64,000 bases of DNA from positions 1,184,001 to 1,248,000 of the forward strand of contig CBDCTZ010000014.1 of NCBI GenBank assembly GCA_965222375.1, read 5' to 3'. This document shows, piece after piece, positions 29,917 to 39,030 of this stretch. This stretch comes from Polyangiaceae bacterium. GTDB taxonomy: Bacteria > Myxococcota_A > Polyangia > Polyangiales > Polyangiaceae. The position numbers and the translations under genes are program-made. Position 1 is the first letter of the stretch; every line of letters begins with the position of its first letter. Below the pieces are notes generated by a model. That model searched no databases and was not told where the DNA came from. It was given only the letters and a program-made list of their open reading frames with translations.

Positions 29917-31743
29917 ATGGCGATGCCGCAGAGCCGTGACCTTTCCTACATGCTCTGGCGAGAGCGTGTCGCCAAGCGACCGAAGCACTGGGTACGCGCC
30001 GTAACGGCTTGCAACAGCCGCTGCGTGTTCTGCTTGGATTCCGACACGCCACGCAACGTGTACTTGGATGAGGCGGAGATTCAGGGCGAAATCGATCGCG
30101 GAATCGACGAGCTAGGTGCGGACAAGCTGATCCTTTCCGGGGGCGAGGCGACGCTGCACCCGAAATTCGCGGACCTAGTGGCCTATGCCAAGGGGCGGGG
30201 ATACGACCGAGTGCAAACGGTCACCAATGGCTACCGGCTGGCGGAAAAGGAGTTCTTCGACAAGTGCATGGCCGCCGGGCTGGGAGAGATTACGTTCAGC
30301 ATCCACGGTCACACGGAGGCTCTCCACGACCGCCTGACCGGTACCCCGGGTGCCTTCAAGCGCATCGTGAAGGGCATCGTCCGGGCACTGCGCGATGGGC
30401 GCCCCATCGTCAACGTGGACATCGTTATCAACAAGCAGAACGTTGCTGTCCTCGACAAGATCATCGAACTCTGCATATCCCTAGGGGTCACAGAGTTCGA
30501 CCTGCTGCACGTGATCCCTCAGGCCGCCGCCTTCGACAATCGCGATCAGCTATTTTACGATGTGCGGGATCATCTGCCTGTCTTGCAGAAGGTTTTCCGC
30601 CTCGGCCGGCATCCTCGTTTCGTGGTCTGGACGAACCGCTTCCCAGTATCGTTCCTGGAGGGGTTAGAAGACCTGATTCAGGACCCCCACAAGATGCTGG
30701 ACGAGGTGAACGGTAGACGATTCCAATTGCGCCGCTACTTGGATGAAGGCGCCCCCCTCGACTGCAGGCATGTCGAGCGCTGCCCCCATTGCTTCATCGA
30801 ACCCTTTTGCACAAGCACGGATCGGGTGATCGAGGGCCAGCACAAAAAGAGCTTCCAGGTGTACTGGGTGGGTGAGGAGGCAGCTCCGGAAGGCCTGCCT
30901 TTCGGCTGCAGTTCGCTGGGCGTGGCCGTCGCAGACATGGGTGCCCTTGCAGCGGCGCAAGTGCCCCAAGGCTGCGGTGTTTACGCGCGGGTCGAAGAAC
31001 CTGGGCCAATTGCTGGAGTGGACCACCGCCCCCTCACTATGGTTGCATCGTCCGCAGCGCAGCTGGAGACCTGGCTTCCAGATTTGCCTTCGGACGTCGA
31101 GCTGGAAATAGAGCTCAATGTGAAAACCGCGCCGTGGATCTTGAGCCATCGCGGCGTAGTAGAGCCGACGCTGGCCCAACTCTGCGTGGTTCAGCCGGGT
31201 CACGAGTACCTCGAATCTGCGATGCGGCAAGACGTTCCTGAGCCACGACTCTATTTCGAACAACTGAACTTGCCGATTCGAGTCAGTGGTTTGCCGGCGT
31301 GCCTGATCCCGGGTGCGCTATGGGAACCGGAGCGTAGGATCCTCGAGGCACAGCTATTCGATGACCAGACCGGGCGCCTGGATATCAAAGAGTTGGCGCG
31401 TTTTCACGTGACCAACAAGTACCGCGCGAAGAGCGTGCGCTGTGCGGACTGTCGCCTCGATGCGCGTTGCGAAGGTGCCCACATCAACTGGATCCGCCAT
31501 CAGGGACTAGCCCAGCTCTCCCCAATCGAAAGCAACGAAGACCCCCGGGTCGCGCGTTTGAACCAGCTCTTGCCCGAGCCGCCGGGCCGACTCGCCACCG
31601 GCGCTCCGAGTCAACCCGTTGCCGACAGCCTGCCGGGCTATCCTGGCCCAATCAAAGCGCCTCCGGATCCACTGATGGTTGCGGCGCGGGAACGCGACAA
31701 CAAACGTCGCGCTCGACGCGGGCTCCCCATCATCATGGAATGA
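29917..31743 (+). CDS. Radical SAM protein (HxsC-like, extended)
   Basis: CNSRCVFC, SGGEATL; extra Cys clusters CRHVERCPHC....C and CADCRLDARCEG. Confidence 0.9.
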   Translation: MAMPQSRDLSYMLWRERVAKRPKHWVRAVTACNSRCVFCLDSDTPRNVYLDEAEIQGEIDRGIDELGADKLILSGGEATLHPKFADLVAYAKGRGYDRVQTVTNGYRLAEKEFFDKCMAAGLGEITFSIHGHTEALHDRLTGTPGAFKRIVKGIVRALRDGRPIVNVDIVINKQNVAVLDKIIELCISLGVTEFDLLHVIPQAAAFDNRDQLFYDVRDHLPVLQKVFRLGRHPRFVVWTNRFPVSFLEGLEDLIQDPHKMLDEVNGRRFQLRRYLDEGAPLDCRHVERCPHCFIEPFCTSTDRVIEGQHKKSFQVYWVGEEAAPEGLPFGCSSLGVAVADMGALAAAQVPQGCGVYARVEEPGPIAGVDHRPLTMVASSAAQLETWLPDLPSDVELEIELNVKTAPWILSHRGVVEPTLAQLCVVQPGHEYLESAMRQDVPEPRLYFEQLNLPIRVSGLPACLIPGALWEPERRILEAQLFDDQTGRLDIKELARFHVTNKYRAKSVRCADCRLDARCEGAHINWIRHQGLAQLSPIESNEDPRVARLNQLLPEPPGRLATGAPSQPVADSLPGYPGPIKAPPDPLMVAARERDNKRRARRGLPIIME

Positions 31744-31765
31744 CTCGGGGTGAGGCAGGGGCGGC

Positions 31766-32569
31766 TCAGCCGCCTAGCGCAACCAGCGCGTCTGTAGAGC
31801 GTGTCCCGTCTGCGTAGGCGTCGACTTCGTGGGCAACGGCACACAAAGAATGACCCGCGGTGTCCGCCAGAGTCGATAGTTCCGTGACCAAGTGATGATC
31901 AAAACCGCTGTCCTCGGCTGTTCGTGCGAATGCGGCGAGTTCAGTTGCCGGTGACGAGGGTAGGAAGATCGTATTGTAGCTGACCTTCTGACCTTCTCCC
32001 TCGAGCTGCGTGAGCAATCGGTGGCTGACGCTGGGCCGCCCCGGCAAGAAACCGTCCTTGGATGCCGGGTCATCCACGCGCAGGTAGCGTCGCGCTTGGC
32101 ACAGACCCTCGGAAGTCACGTCCACGCCGAAGGCGTCAGCCCCAGTGGACTCCAGGCTCAAGGCCTTCTCGAGCGCGCTCAGCCCTTCGCTGAAATACAG
32201 TTTCAACCGAAGGGAGCCACCAGTGCACAAGACGCCACCATGCGCCTTGATGCCGGGAATCGCGAGAACTTCAGTCACGTGTTCATCACTGCCCAGGAAC
32301 GCTTTGGCGAAGGACTTGGCACAATCGTCAAAGGGAACCGCCTTGGCCTGTTGGAACACGCTCAGGCCGTAGCTCGCGCCATCCCGCTTGGCTGGTAGCA
32401 GCAAGCTGTGCGTCGGAGGTCCCTCCGACGACACCGGTCCCACACTTTCCGCCAGTTCGATCCACGGGTGCAATGCATGCGCATGGAAGGGCAGGCGGGC
32501 CCGTTGGGCCATGAGGTCCAGCGCCGAGCGAAGTAAATCCCTGAAGGACGGCATGACGCTGGCCACCAT
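31766..32569 (-). CDS. Hypothetical protein, possible ABBA/LynF prenyltransferase-like barrel
   Basis: Paired beta-strand motifs AHGGVL/RLKLYF and AFGVDV/RRYLR; start could be 32554, 32569 or 32623; the fold call is an inference. Confidence 0.55.
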   Translation of the reverse strand: MVASVMPSFRDLLRSALDLMAQRARLPFHAHALHPWIELAESVGPVSSEGPPTHSLLLPAKRDGASYGLSVFQQAKAVPFDDCAKSFAKAFLGSDEHVTEVLAIPGIKAHGGVLCTGGSLRLKLYFSEGLSALEKALSLESTGADAFGVDVTSEGLCQARRYLRVDDPASKDGFLPGRPSVSHRLLTQLEGEGQKVSYNTIFLPSSPATELAAFARTAEDSGFDHHLVTELSTLADTAGHSLCAVAHEVDAYADGTRSTDALVALGG

Positions 32570-32716
32570 ACTTCGGCCGCGGGTCCCACGTGCAGAAGTT
32601 GTGCAATTTTTGTCGTATCCCATCGCGCCCTACAGGCCGCTGGCGCCACGAAAGCTGCGGAGAAACTTGGATTTCGCATGCCTTGCGCCGGGGGCGAATC
32701 GGCGCACCACACAGTG

Positions 32717-33970
32717 TCAACGTACGGACACGTGCGCGACCGCACTCTCGGCTCTGCCAGCGGCATCCACGTTCAGCCCGATCAAGTCCGGGTAGTAGTA
32801 GTGGTGTGTCGCCGTGGCTGTTGCCAGGGACAACTCATCGAAGGCGCCCTGTACCGCCGCGTTCACCGGTCCATACTGCTCCAGCAGCGACGCCGCGAGG
32901 GCGAAGGCTGAGCGCGAGTGCGCCGGGTCGTGGACTTCAGTCATGAACAGGAGCTTGCATCCGGCATCTGCTCCCCCCGCGTCCACCCGGTGGACGCGCA
33001 TGTAGCGTCGGGTGTTCATGACTGGGTGCCAAGGCAGTCGGGTTCGGACTTCGTTCAGACAGCTTGGGAGGGGAGCCGGAGTACTGCCTCGCCGCTCCAG
33101 CGTTACGTCGTAACATTTGGCGCCGACTGCGACGCCGTTTCGGTAGTCGATACAGACCGCGTTCGGCACATAGCCGTCCGCCAAGGGCGGCGGTTGCAGG
33201 CCCAACAGGCCAAACGTCGAAGCACGGATCTCGCTGCTCCGATCACTCTGGCTCAGTTCCTCGTAGTACAGAGACACTCGATCTGGTGTTGCGCTGCCAT
33301 CAAGATACTTCACGCCGACGGTTGTCTGAACTTCCCCGGGTGCGGCGACCGCGAAGAAATCCCGTAGGGCCTGCGGCTGACAACCCAAAACTGTGACGTG
33401 TCGTTTCAGCCGCTCTCGGAACGCTACGGGCTCCATCTTGTCGTTGACTGAAAACCGGGCGTGTCGTCCCGGCCCAGAGACGAAGGAAACGTCTAGTTTG
33501 AAGGTCGCCGCAGCTCGGGAAAGCAGCGCGGGCGCCACGAAGGGTTGCCACGCCCCCGAGCGGCCATGACAGGCTTCGAAGGCCCCCATCAAGCCCCGCC
33601 AAAACGGCTCTGGTACTGTCACCGCCGCCTCTGGCTCTGCAAGGGCAGCGGCCAATCGGGGCAACTCGGTCAGTGCAGAAGCCGTCCCTGGTCGGGACCG
33701 CGCGAGCTGAGTGACGCTGCTCTGGAGCCGCGTTAGCGAGATGCCGCTCAACTCCGCGGCCCGCGCCAGGTCGGCGCACTCGGCGTCGCCGGAGGAGAGA
33801 GCCGAGAGCAGCCCGCGCAGCAACCACGCTTCCACACATTGTGGGTGCAGCCGCAGCAGTACATCCAGATGCAGCCGAGCGGCCGGCGCATCGGCTTTTT
33901 TCAGCTGTTTGAGCGCCTGTTTCAGGCGCTGTCGGCCCTCTGGAGAGAGGTTGGGGTTGGGAGCCACCAT
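32717..33970 (-). CDS. TPR-like N-terminus plus a possible ABBA/LynF prenyltransferase-like domain
   Basis: ATG 33970; TPR-like HPQCVEAWLLRGL; LDVSF/HARFS, TTVGVKY/RVSLYY, VCIDYRNG/AKCYD; the fold call is an inference. Confidence 0.6.
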   Translation of the reverse strand: MVAPNPNLSPEGRQRLKQALKQLKKADAPAARLHLDVLLRLHPQCVEAWLLRGLLSALSSGDAECADLARAAELSGISLTRLQSSVTQLARSRPGTASALTELPRLAAALAEPEAAVTVPEPFWRGLMGAFEACHGRSGAWQPFVAPALLSRAAATFKLDVSFVSGPGRHARFSVNDKMEPVAFRERLKRHVTVLGCQPQALRDFFAVAAPGEVQTTVGVKYLDGSATPDRVSLYYEELSQSDRSSEIRASTFGLLGLQPPPLADGYVPNAVCIDYRNGVAVGAKCYDVTLERRGSTPAPLPSCLNEVRTRLPWHPVMNTRRYMRVHRVDAGGADAGCKLLFMTEVHDPAHSRSAFALAASLLEQYGPVNAAVQGAFDELSLATATATHHYYYPDLIGLNVDAAGRAESAVAHVSVR

Positions 33971-34040
33971 GCAAAAGGGAGTCTCGCCTTTGCACGTGCC
34001 GTTCGCCAGGATATCCTTTTGAGGTCGCAAGTTTTGCGAC

Positions 34041-34047
34041 AAGGAGG
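34041..34047 (+). promoter_or_regulatory. Ribosome-binding site of the first gene of the hxs operon
   Basis: AAGGAGG 4 nt before GTG 34052. Confidence 0.6.
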
Positions 34048-34051
34048 ATCG

Positions 34052-34534
34052 GTGAAGCGACGCGACTTCTTCCAGGGGCTGTTGGCCGGTGCGGCCGCGC
34101 TCACTGCTGCACGGCAGGTCGGTGCTGCTGTTGCAGATTCTTGGGCCTCTCGGGATGCCTCGGAGGTTCTGCCCTTGATTGCCCCCTTGAGCATTGGGTC
34201 GGAAGTTGGACTTGGCTGGCGCTTGGTTGCCCTCTCCGGCGTGGAGGCCGGGGCAGCCGTGCTGACTCTCCGCAAGGCCGCGCGTTTCGCCCGCGTGCAT
34301 GTATGTCGTCTCGATGGGAACCCACGTGGCATGGCCCACAGCGACAGCTTGGATTTCTTGCTGATGAACGACGGCAACGGCGCCAACCCCACCGACGAGG
34401 GGCTAGCCCGAGTGGTGAACGTCCTGTCAGAGCTGGTGACCAAGAACGAGCGCGCAGGAGCCGGTGTCCCCCAAGGTTTGCTTTCGCATGCGACCCGTCT
34501 GGAGGCTTTCGCTTCCTGCGGCAAGTTAGCTTGA
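34052..34534 (+). CDS. Tat-exported hypothetical protein (first gene of the hxs operon)
   Basis: MKRRDFFQGLLAGAAAL twin-arginine signal; strong RBS. Confidence 0.75.
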   Translation: MKRRDFFQGLLAGAAALTAARQVGAAVADSWASRDASEVLPLIAPLSIGSEVGLGWRLVALSGVEAGAAVLTLRKAARFARVHVCRLDGNPRGMAHSDSLDFLLMNDGNGANPTDEGLARVVNVLSELVTKNERAGAGVPQGLLSHATRLEAFASCGKLA

Positions 34535-34547
34535 GTAAGCCAAGCGC

Positions 34548-35045
34548 ATGACAGACAGCGCACAGTCCGAGCCGGAAGTGGAAGATTTCACCTTCGAGCT
34601 TGGAGAACGCGAGGTGAGTTTTCGGCTGGATGAGGAGCTGTACGCTCTCGACGCCATTTATGGCGCCAGCTATTTGTTCATCGATCGCTGCTACGTGTTT
34701 CTGTCGCGACCCTCGGAGCGCTCGGTGCAGGTACGTCTCCGTACGAAGGAGGCTAGTAGCGAAGCCGAGCTAGAGGCTCTGGCCGGAGAATTCGCCAACG
34801 AGCTGCTCAATAGCCAGTTGCGCTATCGCATTGGCCGCGCCACCGCCGGAATCCGCGAGCAATACATGGCTCGAGCATTCTTCGGCACCGGGCCCTCGTC
34901 GACAATTCAGGATCTCCTGGCGGAACTCGATGCCGAAGAGCTGGCTGAGGACACTTTGGAGGTGCCCGTGCCCTGGAAGGAACCAGCGGACACCAAGGAC
35001 GAGACCCAAGCCGACGCCAAGGATGCAGAGGCTTCCGATGGCTGA
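34548..35045 (+). CDS. hxsD: His-Xaa-Ser system protein HxsD
   Basis: LDEELYALDAIYGASYLFIDRCYVFL...AGEFANELLNSQLR..I...T..IRE pattern; next to hxsB. Confidence 0.8.
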   Translation: MTDSAQSEPEVEDFTFELGEREVSFRLDEELYALDAIYGASYLFIDRCYVFLSRPSERSVQVRLRTKEASSEAELEALAGEFANELLNSQLRYRIGRATAGIREQYMARAFFGTGPSSTIQDLLAELDAEELAEDTLEVPVPWKEPADTKDETQADAKDAEASDG

Positions 35046-35256
35046 GCAGCTGGTGTTCGCTCGTTCCCTCTATGCCCGACAGGCCGTGGAGCAGGCAGCC
35101 AAGGACTTCGCCGAGCTTGCCAAGATCGAAGTGAAGGTTCGCGACGACGAGGTCGAGCTGTCCATCACGGAGCCAGATCCGGATGTGGCGCACGTGATCC
35201 TGGACGAAATCGCGAATCACGCCCTTTTTCTCACCGTCGGCACGACTCGGGGCTGA
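35038..35256 (+). CDS. HxsD-like small protein
   Basis: 72 aa; F..SLY...AVEQAAKDF...DEIANHAL is a shortened HxsD pattern; ATG overlaps the end of hxsD. Confidence 0.7.
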   Translation: MAEQLVFARSLYARQAVEQAAKDFAELAKIEVKVRDDEVELSITEPDPDVAHVILDEIANHALFLTVGTTRG

Positions 35257-35259
35257 AGC

Positions 35260-36765
35260 ATGTCAGCGCGAACCATCTCCCTGCGGCGCCTCCCTCTGGT
35301 CGAGGACAAACTCGCACACTTCCGCTACGGCAAGGTGGCTGGCAGGTACCTGATCACCAACGATATGGGCGCCTGGCACTTCCTAGGCGAAGAAACCTTT
35401 GGCGACTTCATGGCTGGGCGCATCGGATCGGGTCATGCGGAGTACGCCGCCCTAAATGAAAAAGGCTTTCTGCGCGAGGGCTTCGACATCGACCGGGCGG
35501 CGGCCCAAATGCAGCGCAAGAAGAGGTTCGTGGGGCAGGGGCCCCACTTGCACATCGTCATCACGACCCTGCGCTGTAACCAGTCTTGCAAATACTGCCA
35601 CGCGTCTCGCACGAATATGGACCAGGTCGATACGGACATGTCCTTGGAGACGGCGAAACAGGTGGTCGACCTAGCGATGCAGAGCCCATCGCCCTACATC
35701 AATTTCGAATTCCAGGGCGGCGAGCCGACTGTGAACATGGCGGCGCTGCGCTTCATCGTCGAGTACAGCCGCGAAAAGAACAAGTACGAGAACAAGCAAC
35801 TCGAGCACTCCCTCGTTACGAACATGACGTACATGACCGAGGAAAACGCCGGGTGGCTGATCGAAAACGAGGTACTGGTCTGCACCAGCCTGGACGGCCC
35901 CGAGGAGCTCCACAACTACAACCGCACCTGGCGCCAGGGCAGCAACGCCTACGCCAACGTTCGCAAGTGGATCGACTACTTCAACCGACGCTACGTTGAG
36001 CTGGGGAAGGACCCGCAGCTTTGGCATGTGGACGCCCTGATGACGACGTCCCGCAAGACCTTCGATCATTGGAAGGAAGTGGTCGACCTCTACCTCGAGC
36101 TCGGCATGCACACCATCTTCTTGCGGCCACTCAATCCCTACGGCTTCGCGCTGGATACCTGGAAGCGAATTGGCTACAGCGTCGACGAGTACTTGGAGTT
36201 TTACAAACAGGCCTTCGACTACATCGTCCAGAAGAACTTGGAAGGTAAGGAAATCGTCGAAGGCACTGCCGCGACGTTCTTGACCAAGATTCTCACCGCA
36301 GACGATCCGAATTTCGTGGACATCTTGTCACCCTGCGGCGCCGGCACCGGTCAGGTTGCCTACAACTACGATGGCAAGATCTTCACTTGTGACGAGGCGC
36401 GAATGACCAGCGCCATGGGCAACGACATGTTCCAGATCGGCGAGGTGGACCAGACCAGCTACGCCGAGATGCACGGGCACCCCACGGTCCGGGCGATGGC
36501 CGTGGCCTCACTGCAAGACTCCCTCCCAAGCTGCGATACCTGCTGGAACAAGCCTTTTTGTGGGGTTTGTCCCATGCACAACTACATGACCAGCGGCGAT
36601 ATTTTCGGCCAGCGGCCCAATTCGCCGAAATGCAAAGAACATTATACAATTGCATCAGTGCTGTTCGAGCGCTTGGCAAACGACACGGACGGCTCCTTGG
36701 AGAAGATTTTTCGTCGTTGGACCCTCACTCGGCCTAGGGAGCTCTCGTCGGACTGCAAATTGTGA
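35260..36765 (+). CDS. hxsB: His-Xaa-Ser system radical SAM/SPASM maturase HxsB
   Basis: LHIVITTLRCNQSCKYCHAS, EFQGGEP, TSLDGP, SPCGAGTGQVAYNYDG.IFTCDE, CDTCWNKPFCGVCP; immediately upstream of the HxS peptide. Confidence 0.9.
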   Translation: MSARTISLRRLPLVEDKLAHFRYGKVAGRYLITNDMGAWHFLGEETFGDFMAGRIGSGHAEYAALNEKGFLREGFDIDRAAAQMQRKKRFVGQGPHLHIVITTLRCNQSCKYCHASRTNMDQVDTDMSLETAKQVVDLAMQSPSPYINFEFQGGEPTVNMAALRFIVEYSREKNKYENKQLEHSLVTNMTYMTEENAGWLIENEVLVCTSLDGPEELHNYNRTWRQGSNAYANVRKWIDYFNRRYVELGKDPQLWHVDALMTTSRKTFDHWKEVVDLYLELGMHTIFLRPLNPYGFALDTWKRIGYSVDEYLEFYKQAFDYIVQKNLEGKEIVEGTAATFLTKILTADDPNFVDILSPCGAGTGQVAYNYDGKIFTCDEARMTSAMGNDMFQIGEVDQTSYAEMHGHPTVRAMAVASLQDSLPSCDTCWNKPFCGVCPMHNYMTSGDIFGQRPNSPKCKEHYTIASVLFERLANDTDGSLEKIFRRWTLTRPRELSSDCKL

Positions 36766-36795
36766 CCGACAGGAAACAGGGACTCAGGTGAACGC

Positions 36796-37044
36796 ATGAA
36801 GAAGAAGGACTGGGAAAAGAAACTGCCCAAGCGGGACCGCAAGCCCGAGGATTTCATGCAGTCCGAGGAGAAGCGCCAGGCGAACGAGCCCAGCGATACC
36901 GGTGACCTGCTGAAACGCGCCGATGGGAAGCAGGACTTGGATGGCATCGAACGTGGCTTCAACGCGCACGCTTCGCACGCCTCCCACGGTTCTCACGGCT
37001 CCCACGGCTCGCACGGCTCGCACGGCTCGCACGGGCAGTGGTAA
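36796..37044 (+). CDS. hxsA: His-Xaa-Ser repeat precursor peptide (HxsA-type)
   Basis: 82 aa; charged leader plus C-terminal HASHASHGSHGSHGSHGSHGSHGQW. Confidence 0.9.
   Translation: MKKKDWEKKLPKRDRKPEDFMQSEEKRQANEPSDTGDLLKRADGKQDLDGIERGFNAHASHASHGSHGSHGSHGSHGSHGQW
36967..37038 (+). repeat. 9-bp tandem repeat (CACGGCTCG-like x8) encoding H-x-S
   Basis: cac gct tcg / cac gcc tcc / cac ggt tct / cac ggc tcc / cac ggc tcg x3 / cac ggg cag. Confidence 0.9.
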
Positions 37045-38012
37045 GCAGCCTCGTACTCACCGTTACTCGACGCTGCAATCTTCGCTGTAGTTACTGCCCG
37101 ACCGCGAAGGACGGCTTCCCGTCTCTTTCTCGCGTAGACGCGCTACGAGCACTCGACCTTTTCTCGGACAACTTCGGTGGTGGTGACATCAAGCTGTTTG
37201 GGGGAGAACCACTGCTCGAAGCCGACACCGTCCGCGCGGTCATCGAGGCCGCCGAAAATAGTCCGGCCATTCGCCGAGTCTACCTTTCCACCAACGGTCT
37301 GGGTCTGAGCGAAGACTGGCTGAGTTTCCTCGCGGCTCAGCCCAAGACGATTCTCACCCTTTCGCTGGATGGTCGACCCGAGGACCATCGCCGATTGCGC
37401 CGCGCTCTGCCTCAGGTTCCAGATGTCTACGATCACGTTCAGACACTGCTGCCCAGGCTGCTTCGCTTGCCTCGGCTGGTGGTGACGCAAACCATCGCGC
37501 CGTCCACGGCCCATGCCGCCCACGACAACTTTGCTCATCTGATGGCCCTTGGCTTCAGGCGTTTCAATTTGCTGCCCGGCTATTACCTGAAGTGGAAACG
37601 AGAGCAGCTCCTGGCGCTGCGGCGGGGTTTCACGGACATTGCGGCCGACGTGGTGGCATGTTGGCGGCGCGGCGAGCACGTCTACGTTCGCAACCTCTTC
37701 ACTTGGGCGCCAACACCCTTCTTCAACACCGGCCTGGTTGTGGATTCGGACGGAAGTGTGCATCCGAACAACTTGGGCTTGTCCGCGGCGCTGACGGATA
37801 TGCTGGATGAAACGAAGGTGGGCAGTCTGGACGAACCACCTACACCGTCGGAGCTGTCCGACAAGGCACAGCAGATCAACGGATTGCTGGCGCATCGGCT
37901 GCCCCCGGACGTGTGGGAGTCCACGCAGCAGGTTGACCACGAGCTGACTCAGTTCTGCGCCAGCCTGTACGGAGAGTTCGCTGCCTATCGTCGGCGCAGA
38001 AGGGCAGCATGA
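37038..38012 (+). CDS. Radical SAM protein (no evident SPASM cysteines)
   Basis: CNLRCSYC, FGGEPLL, STNG, LSLDG. Confidence 0.88.
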   Translation: MVSSLVLTVTRRCNLRCSYCPTAKDGFPSLSRVDALRALDLFSDNFGGGDIKLFGGEPLLEADTVRAVIEAAENSPAIRRVYLSTNGLGLSEDWLSFLAAQPKTILTLSLDGRPEDHRRLRRALPQVPDVYDHVQTLLPRLLRLPRLVVTQTIAPSTAHAAHDNFAHLMALGFRRFNLLPGYYLKWKREQLLALRRGFTDIAADVVACWRRGEHVYVRNLFTWAPTPFFNTGLVVDSDGSVHPNNLGLSAALTDMLDETKVGSLDEPPTPSELSDKAQQINGLLAHRLPPDVWESTQQVDHELTQFCASLYGEFAAYRRRRRAA

Positions 38013-38013
38013 C

Positions 38014-39030
38014 ATGACCCACTTGCCCGTGTTGCAGGACGCGCCTGCCGCGCCGATGCTCCAGGAAACACCCGATCCCGACCGGCCCTGGATTGGCCCA
38101 GGCGGTCGGGTGATGGAGCGCCTGGAGCTTCATCTCACCTACACCTGTCCGGAGCGCTGTCTCTTCTGCTCCGAAGAGCACCGAATGGCTGCCTATCGCG
38201 CCTATCCGGTGACTTGGGGGCGTATCGCGTCCGTGCTGCGCATCCACGCCGAGCGGGGCGTCAAGAACGTGCACCTCACAGGAGGCGAGCCCACGATCCA
38301 CCCCAAGTTCGTAGAGACTCTGAAGCTCGCGAAAAAGCTGGGCATGCGCACTAGTGTGGGCACGATCGGAACCAAGCTTGCTGACGAGGCTTTCGCGAGG
38401 CGAGCATTGCCGCACCTCGATGAAGCGCTGTTCTCCCTGCACGCGCCGGTCGCGGTGCTTCACGACGCTCTGACTGGGCGCGAGGGCAGCTTCGAGACCG
38501 TGACGCGGGCTCTCACGCTGAGCCGCAAGGTGCGCCCGGAGTTCAAGGCCTACGTCAACACAGTAGTCACCCAGCGCAACGTCGATGTCCTCGGGGATAC
38601 GGTCGCCTACGCCGACGAGCTGGGCGCGCATCTCATCGTGGTCAGCAACACGACTCCCGAAGGCGGGGGATTGTCCCACTACGACAAGCTCGCGGTGCCC
38701 TTGCAGCGCCTCCGGCAAGTCCTTCCGACCGTAGCCGAGCGAGCCAAGACCGCAATCGTGCGTTTCTTTGGCGTGCCCATGTGCTTGTTGGGTGACTCGG
38801 CGATGCTCAGCAATGACTTGCATTGGGATCCCCGCGTGACCGTGGAGTGGCAGAGCCGCCCCGGAAAGGTGATCTTCGACGGCCTGTACAATTGGGCGCC
38901 GGATCGCAAGCGCGTTCATGTGGACGCTTGCAAGCGGTGTGACCGACGTGCGGTTTGCATGGGCGTATTCGACGCCTACGCCGAGAGGTTTTCCACGGAG
39001 GCTCTGGCTCCCTATCGAGGCGTGCAGTGA
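38014..39030 (+). CDS. Radical SAM protein (HxsC-like)
   Basis: CPERCLFC, TGGEPT, PMC, C-terminal CKRCDRRAVCMG. Confidence 0.88.
   Translation: MTHLPVLQDAPAAPMLQETPDPDRPWIGPGGRVMERLELHLTYTCPERCLFCSEEHRMAAYRAYPVTWGRIASVLRIHAERGVKNVHLTGGEPTIHPKFVETLKLAKKLGMRTSVGTIGTKLADEAFARRALPHLDEALFSLHAPVAVLHDALTGREGSFETVTRALTLSRKVRPEFKAYVNTVVTQRNVDVLGDTVAYADELGAHLIVVSNTTPEGGGLSHYDKLAVPLQRLRQVLPTVAERAKTAIVRFFGVPMCLLGDSAMLSNDLHWDPRVTVEWQSRPGKVIFDGLYNWAPDRKRVHVDACKRCDRRAVCMGVFDAYAERFSTEALAPYRGVQ

Noticed and set aside
36784..37032. Antisense ORF with RAV repeats
   Set aside because: Shadow of the HxS repeat on the + strand, which fits the operon context
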